Part shown: positions 59,695-64,000 of the stretch, in pieces
Layout: each line of letters opens with the position of its first letter
Numbering within the stretch: the first letter of the stretch is position 1
NCBI GenBank assembly: GCA_001600815.1
Contig: BCKZ01000001.1
Coordinates: 726,613 to 790,612, forward strand
DNA: 64,000 bases
Direction: 5' to 3'
Source: Alloascoidea hylecoeti
Taxonomy: Eukaryota
Notes under the pieces: generated by a model
What the model saw: the letters and a program-made list of their open reading frames with translations, nothing else
Database searches by the model: none
Told to the model about the DNA's origin: nothing
Made by a program: the position numbers and the translations under genes

Positions 59695-60929
59695 TCATGA
59701 ATTTGATCAAGAGTATATCAATAAATTTTCTCCGAGTGTGGAAGACATTCCGGGGAAATAGTAATATTATACTTATATATAGGCCTAAACATAGTTACAA
59801 GTTAATGTTGATATATAATAATATATTTGCGATTTTTACTTGATCCAAATTTAAGACTAAAATAAAATAAAGTATAACTATAAAGTAAACTTTAATTAAA
59901 GCGCTAAACATATTATTTATATATCATGTGTGATAAAAACAAATTTGAATTTGTGAACATTAAAATATCTCCTTTAAACTTATTTAAGTTATCATTCTCA
60001 TGATATTTTTCGTGTTATAAGTTCTTCTAAATGTATCGATATTACTAAATCTTCTTTGTACTGAGTATGCATACTCATATATTCCAAATAATTTCGAAAG
60101 TGGTACTCAACTCTTTAATTACATGATTCTGCACATTAAGACCTCTATTAATGCTTCCAAAGTTAACGTTATATCATTTCCCATGATCGTTTTGAATATA
60201 ATTGTCTTTGTTTCACTATGATTAAATAGGTGTTCCATTCCTAGATTGAAACGTAAAACCCGTTCAAATACTTTTTTGAATGGAATTTACAGTGGTGACA
60301 ATAATTACTAATATTAATCTGAGAATAAAGTCCATTAACTTTGGGTTTCTCCTATTGGTTTGTGATGGATTTTGCACCAGTATTCCTAATTAACTTGTAA
60401 AAAAATATAATGCACAAACAATAATCCACCCGACTACTGTTTCGACTTTGTTTTCCATAAATTATCTTATATCCTGTATAAACTTTATAACTATTTAAGC
60501 TAGACTATTATATATATCTGATTTTTTCGAGATTGAATAGATATTTTTTAAGGATCCATTTAAGCCCTAAATTAAACTATTGATTTATATGAGTACAAAA
60601 TGCTAGACAACCAAAGAGTAGGGTATAAAAAGACCTTTTCAGGCAAAAATACATGTAAAACTTTTTAGCAATTGTCATAGGCTTACTTAAACATTGTTGC
60701 TTAGTCATTTAGCTTATTTAACTACCTTTACTTAATTTCAGTATTATACTATTTTTTTCTTCCTTTTTTCTCATAGAATCTAAGAGATTGGGAACACAAC
60801 CTTTTTACATCTTTGTCAATCATATCTCTGTCCACTCTGAATCCGAGAGTTTAGGATCTTGCTGGTATACATTGCATATTGACCATCAGCACGAAGGGGC
60901 CCAGAAACTACCATTGAAAAAAAATGGAG

Positions 60930-61013
60930 CTTCCCCGCCAGGGGTCGAACCTGGAATCTTTCGCTGTGACCACTTAATCGTAGGCGAACGCCTTGCCATT
61001 GGGCCACGAGGAA
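60930..61013 (-). tRNA. tRNA-Arg(ACG) with a 12-nt intron (60966-60977)
   Basis: Minus strand reads TTCCTCG TGGCCCAATGGCAAGGCG TTCGC CT-ACG-A [TTAAGTGGTCAC] A GCGAA AGATT CCAGG TTCGACC CCTGG CGGGGAAG. All stems pair, and a T8 Pol III terminator follows at about 60917-60924. Confidence 0.95.
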
Positions 61014-61059
61014 CAAGCTTGTTCTTCCTCCAAACCGCTTCTTTCCCCCTTATTACTAT

Positions 61060-62150
61060 TACTATTCACATTTGGCAAAAATCTGATATTTGTAGTTTAT
61101 GTCAACAAGGTAAAGACGACATATTACATCCATTTGAAGATTGCTCTACAATAAGAATACTAAAGAAGATGATGTTAGGAAGAGAAGGAATAGGGATCAA
61201 ATTATTGATCATAAATACAAAAGAAAACAATATGGGAAAAATGGGGCTTTTATCAAAAAGGCACTAGAGCTAAGAAAAAATATTAGATTTGCAGGAACAC
61301 CACCACAAATATTAAATGAGATTGATTGGGGGATTCTAATATCTAAAAACTTGAAAAAGTAATAAAAAAATCTAATAAAAAAAAATTACTTTTAAGGTGG
61401 TCTAGGTTCATAAGAAGGAAAGAAAGAAGACTGTCAAGAATACACAAAAATAAGAAGAATAGAAAAAGAGGTTTTTATTTCATTATATATAGTAGAGATT
61501 TCCTCAGAATTTACATAGTTTCTAGTTATATAATTTAATTGGAAAATATATGAAAAGTTAAAAAATTAAAAATTAAAAATTAAAAAATAAAATAAAAATA
61601 AAAATAAAATAAAAATAAAATAAAAATAAAATAAAAATAAAAATTAAATAACATGGTGATAAGATAAAGAGATACAATGAATATGAGAAAACAAAAAGAG
61701 AAAATAAAAAAGAAATAAAGAAGAAGCGTAGGTTGTATACTCTTGGAGTGATTTCCTCAATTTAATAGTTTTTATTTAGAAGACTTAAATTATTCAGAAG
61801 TTTTAATCGGAAATTATATGTAAAGTTAAAAAAAAAAGATGAATGACTGATTTCCACGCTTAAATACTTTCTAGTTAGAAGTTTTAATTACAGAAATATG
61901 GAGGAATGCCATCACAATTATATTAAGTGAATTGACTGGGGAATTTTAATATCTAAATCCTTAAGAAAATAAAAAAAATTAAAAAAATAAAAAATTTTAA
62001 AACTAAAGTGGTTTAGATAATATTGTTAGAGAAGGAAGAAAATTATGTATGAAAATTTATTATGAAGATGTAGAGGAGTGATGGGTGTCTTTAATTAAAT
62101 AGTATCTAGTCAGAGGGTTTAATTGAAAATTATTATTTTTTTAAAAAGAA
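61060..62150 (+). mobile_element. Stacked, degraded 3' ends of an L1-clade-like non-LTR retrotransposon
   Basis: CSLCQQGKDDILHPFEDC (61091-61144) fits the C-terminal CCHC of LINE ORF2. A frameshifted C-terminus ends IDWGILISKNLKK*. A diverged second copy (IDWGILISKSLRK*) lies at about 61900-61972. Repeated 3'UTR-like blocks end in A-rich tails. Confidence 0.6.
61558..61648. repeat. A-rich microsatellite (TAAAA/TAAAAA)n, probably derived from a poly(A) tail
   Basis: Directly visible; follows a LINE-like 3'UTR block. Confidence 0.8.
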
Positions 62151-63280
62151 ATCTCGTTTCAAAAAAACAGATTTACCAACATTCAATGTCTTGAAGAAGT
62201 ACAGTGGTGGAAAGAACACAACTAAACCAATTAAAAATATTTCCCAAGCACTCACTATATGTTAGAAGTAGATAAACAAAATATGAAATAATTGACCGAT
62301 TTTGTGAAAAGAATATTTGATTTCTAAAGAGAAGGCTGCTACTCATTTGTTGCGTATGTATTGGTGCTACTTCGAATTCATATATGTGTCAGAGCCACGC
62401 AAAGCACTCAATCCATTGAAAAAACATGAATGGGGCATATTCTGGAGACAATTCAAGTATCAAGGAGGTTTCCAGATTGTATCTATTTTTAACATTGGTT
62501 CAATCGTGGAAATGGTGAGTTATGCGAAAAGCATGCCTCCATCTTTACGACATATTCCACCTGGTGAACGACACCAAAGACTCTAAAATCTATAAGAAAT
62601 CACTACCAGATTCTCCTGTATCTTACCAAAAATTTGTGTGTTATATATAAAAAATAAATGTTAACACTTAATTTTTTTTAGATTTTGTGACATATCTGGT
62701 CGAGGGTTAAGAAACTCACCCAATAGCTATATAGCTCTAGATAGCTTTGTAATATTAAAAATAATTCCTTCTAGATCTGATGTTGTTTATCCATTTAGAA
62801 CGTGATGAATTCTAAACACCTAACTATTCTTATATGTAATTACAATTAGTATTAAATGACGATTATCCAGAAAATTTTATTTATTATTATCACATTGTAT
62901 ATTATGTATAATAATACTAATGAACTCACTTTATGTAGTCACTATACAGTTAAATTAAATATTATAAACGATGAGGGATAAACGTCCTTGATATGATCAC
63001 AAAAAAGAAACATAACAAATTCGCATCTATATAATTGATATTATTACGAACACAGCAATTCCAATGCAAAATTTAAAGCCAAACAATTTCTAAAAGAAAA
63101 TTGAAATAGCTCCCCCTAATCAAGCATTCTCTAAAATTTTATACACCCTTACGAGAAATACCAACAGTCTATAATCGATTTTTCAACGGATTTAATACTT
63201 AATATGTCTTCTAAACTAATATTTTCTTTATAAACAACGGGGTGAAAAAGCAAAATGTCAATGTTATAGGCTTGATTTGA

Positions 63281-64000
63281 TTAGAAATCAACACCAATAA
63301 CTAGAGCAAGTAATGCCATACGAACAAATAGACCATATCTCATCTAGAAAAAAGAACAAAAAAATTAGTTAGGTTAGTCAGATTAGTTAATTCATATTTA
63401 TTCAAGTTTTAATAACATACCTGTCTGAAATAGGCCGCTCGTTGATCAAAATCAACCTCTTCTTTGATCTCATTAACTCGGGGTAGAGGATGCATGACGC
63501 ACATATGCTTCTTTGCATGTCTTAATGTTCTGTTACCAATAACATAAGCATCTTTAACCTTTTCATAAACCTCCAAGTCTTCGAATCTCTCCTTTTGAAC
63601 TCTGGTACAATATAAGACATCAGTCTTAGAAATAATATCACTGGTCAATTCGTTACTCTCTGAAATCAACATGCCAGATTTTTTTAACTCATCGCGCAAT
63701 TCTTTAGGAAGGGCAAGTTCTGTAGGTGCGACTAATTGTACTCTAACTTGATAATGCCTAAAAAGTTTGCACAGTGAATGGACTGGTCTACCATATTTGA
63801 GATCACCCATGAATGTGATTACCAGTCCATTAACTGTACCCATCTCCTCTCTAATGGTGAATAAATCTAGGAATGCTTGTGTTGGATGCTCCAAAGAACC
63901 ATTGCCACCATTAATAATTGGAACAGGTGAGAACTTTGCGGCAATACCAGCACTTGATCCTTCGGGATGTCTTAGGACTATAGCATCAGAATAGCTTGCT
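63281..64000 (-). CDS. URA2: 3' end (ATCase domain) of Ura2/CAD, partial, with a terminal intron
   Basis: Motifs VLRHP, PIINGGNGSLEHPTQAFLDLFTIREE, GDLKYGRPVHSL and MHPLPRVNEI..EVDFDQRAAYFRQ. Intron 63344-63420 precedes the last exon MRYGLFVRMALLALVIGVDF*. Runs off the window edge. Confidence 0.95.

Noticed and set aside
60788..61267. 159-aa ORF treated as a real gene
   Set aside because: It starts at TTG and runs antisense through the tRNA gene; only its distal CCHC part is meaningful, as a LINE remnant.

Overview
AT-rich genomic DNA from an ascomycete yeast (Saccharomycotina-like). It has short spliceosomal introns (GTATGT/GTAAGT/GTACGT donors, degenerate CTAAC branch points) and apparently uses CTG=Leu. 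Conserved housekeeping genes occupy 0.4-6.3 kb and 35-64 kb: MNN4-like, COQ11, a PPR-like protein, RIB3, VPS60, ADE13, COQ3, VPS72, MVP1, RCL1, TAF4, WRS1, a PKH-type kinase, an RTA1-like gene, tRNA-Arg(ACG) and the 3' end of URA2. Between about 6.3 and 35 kb lies a gene-sparse accessory block. Its main feature is a co-oriented array of five paralogues of a family I cannot name. Their shared domain has the motif layout of Mutator/FAR1/WRKY-GCM1-type zinc DNA-binding domains but no transposase catalytic core. The array also contains an amino-acid permease and is bracketed by two inverted ~92-bp TGTT...AACA solo-LTR-like elements with 5-bp target duplications. It is followed by a ~650-830-bp foldback element and two KRE1-like genes, one lacking a GPI tail. 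Other mobile-element fossils are a frameshifted Tc1/mariner transposase (47.6-48.7 kb) next to a ~24-nt periodic motif array, and stacked LINE-like 3' ends just upstream of the tRNA gene. All homology calls are from motif recognition by eye; no searches were run.
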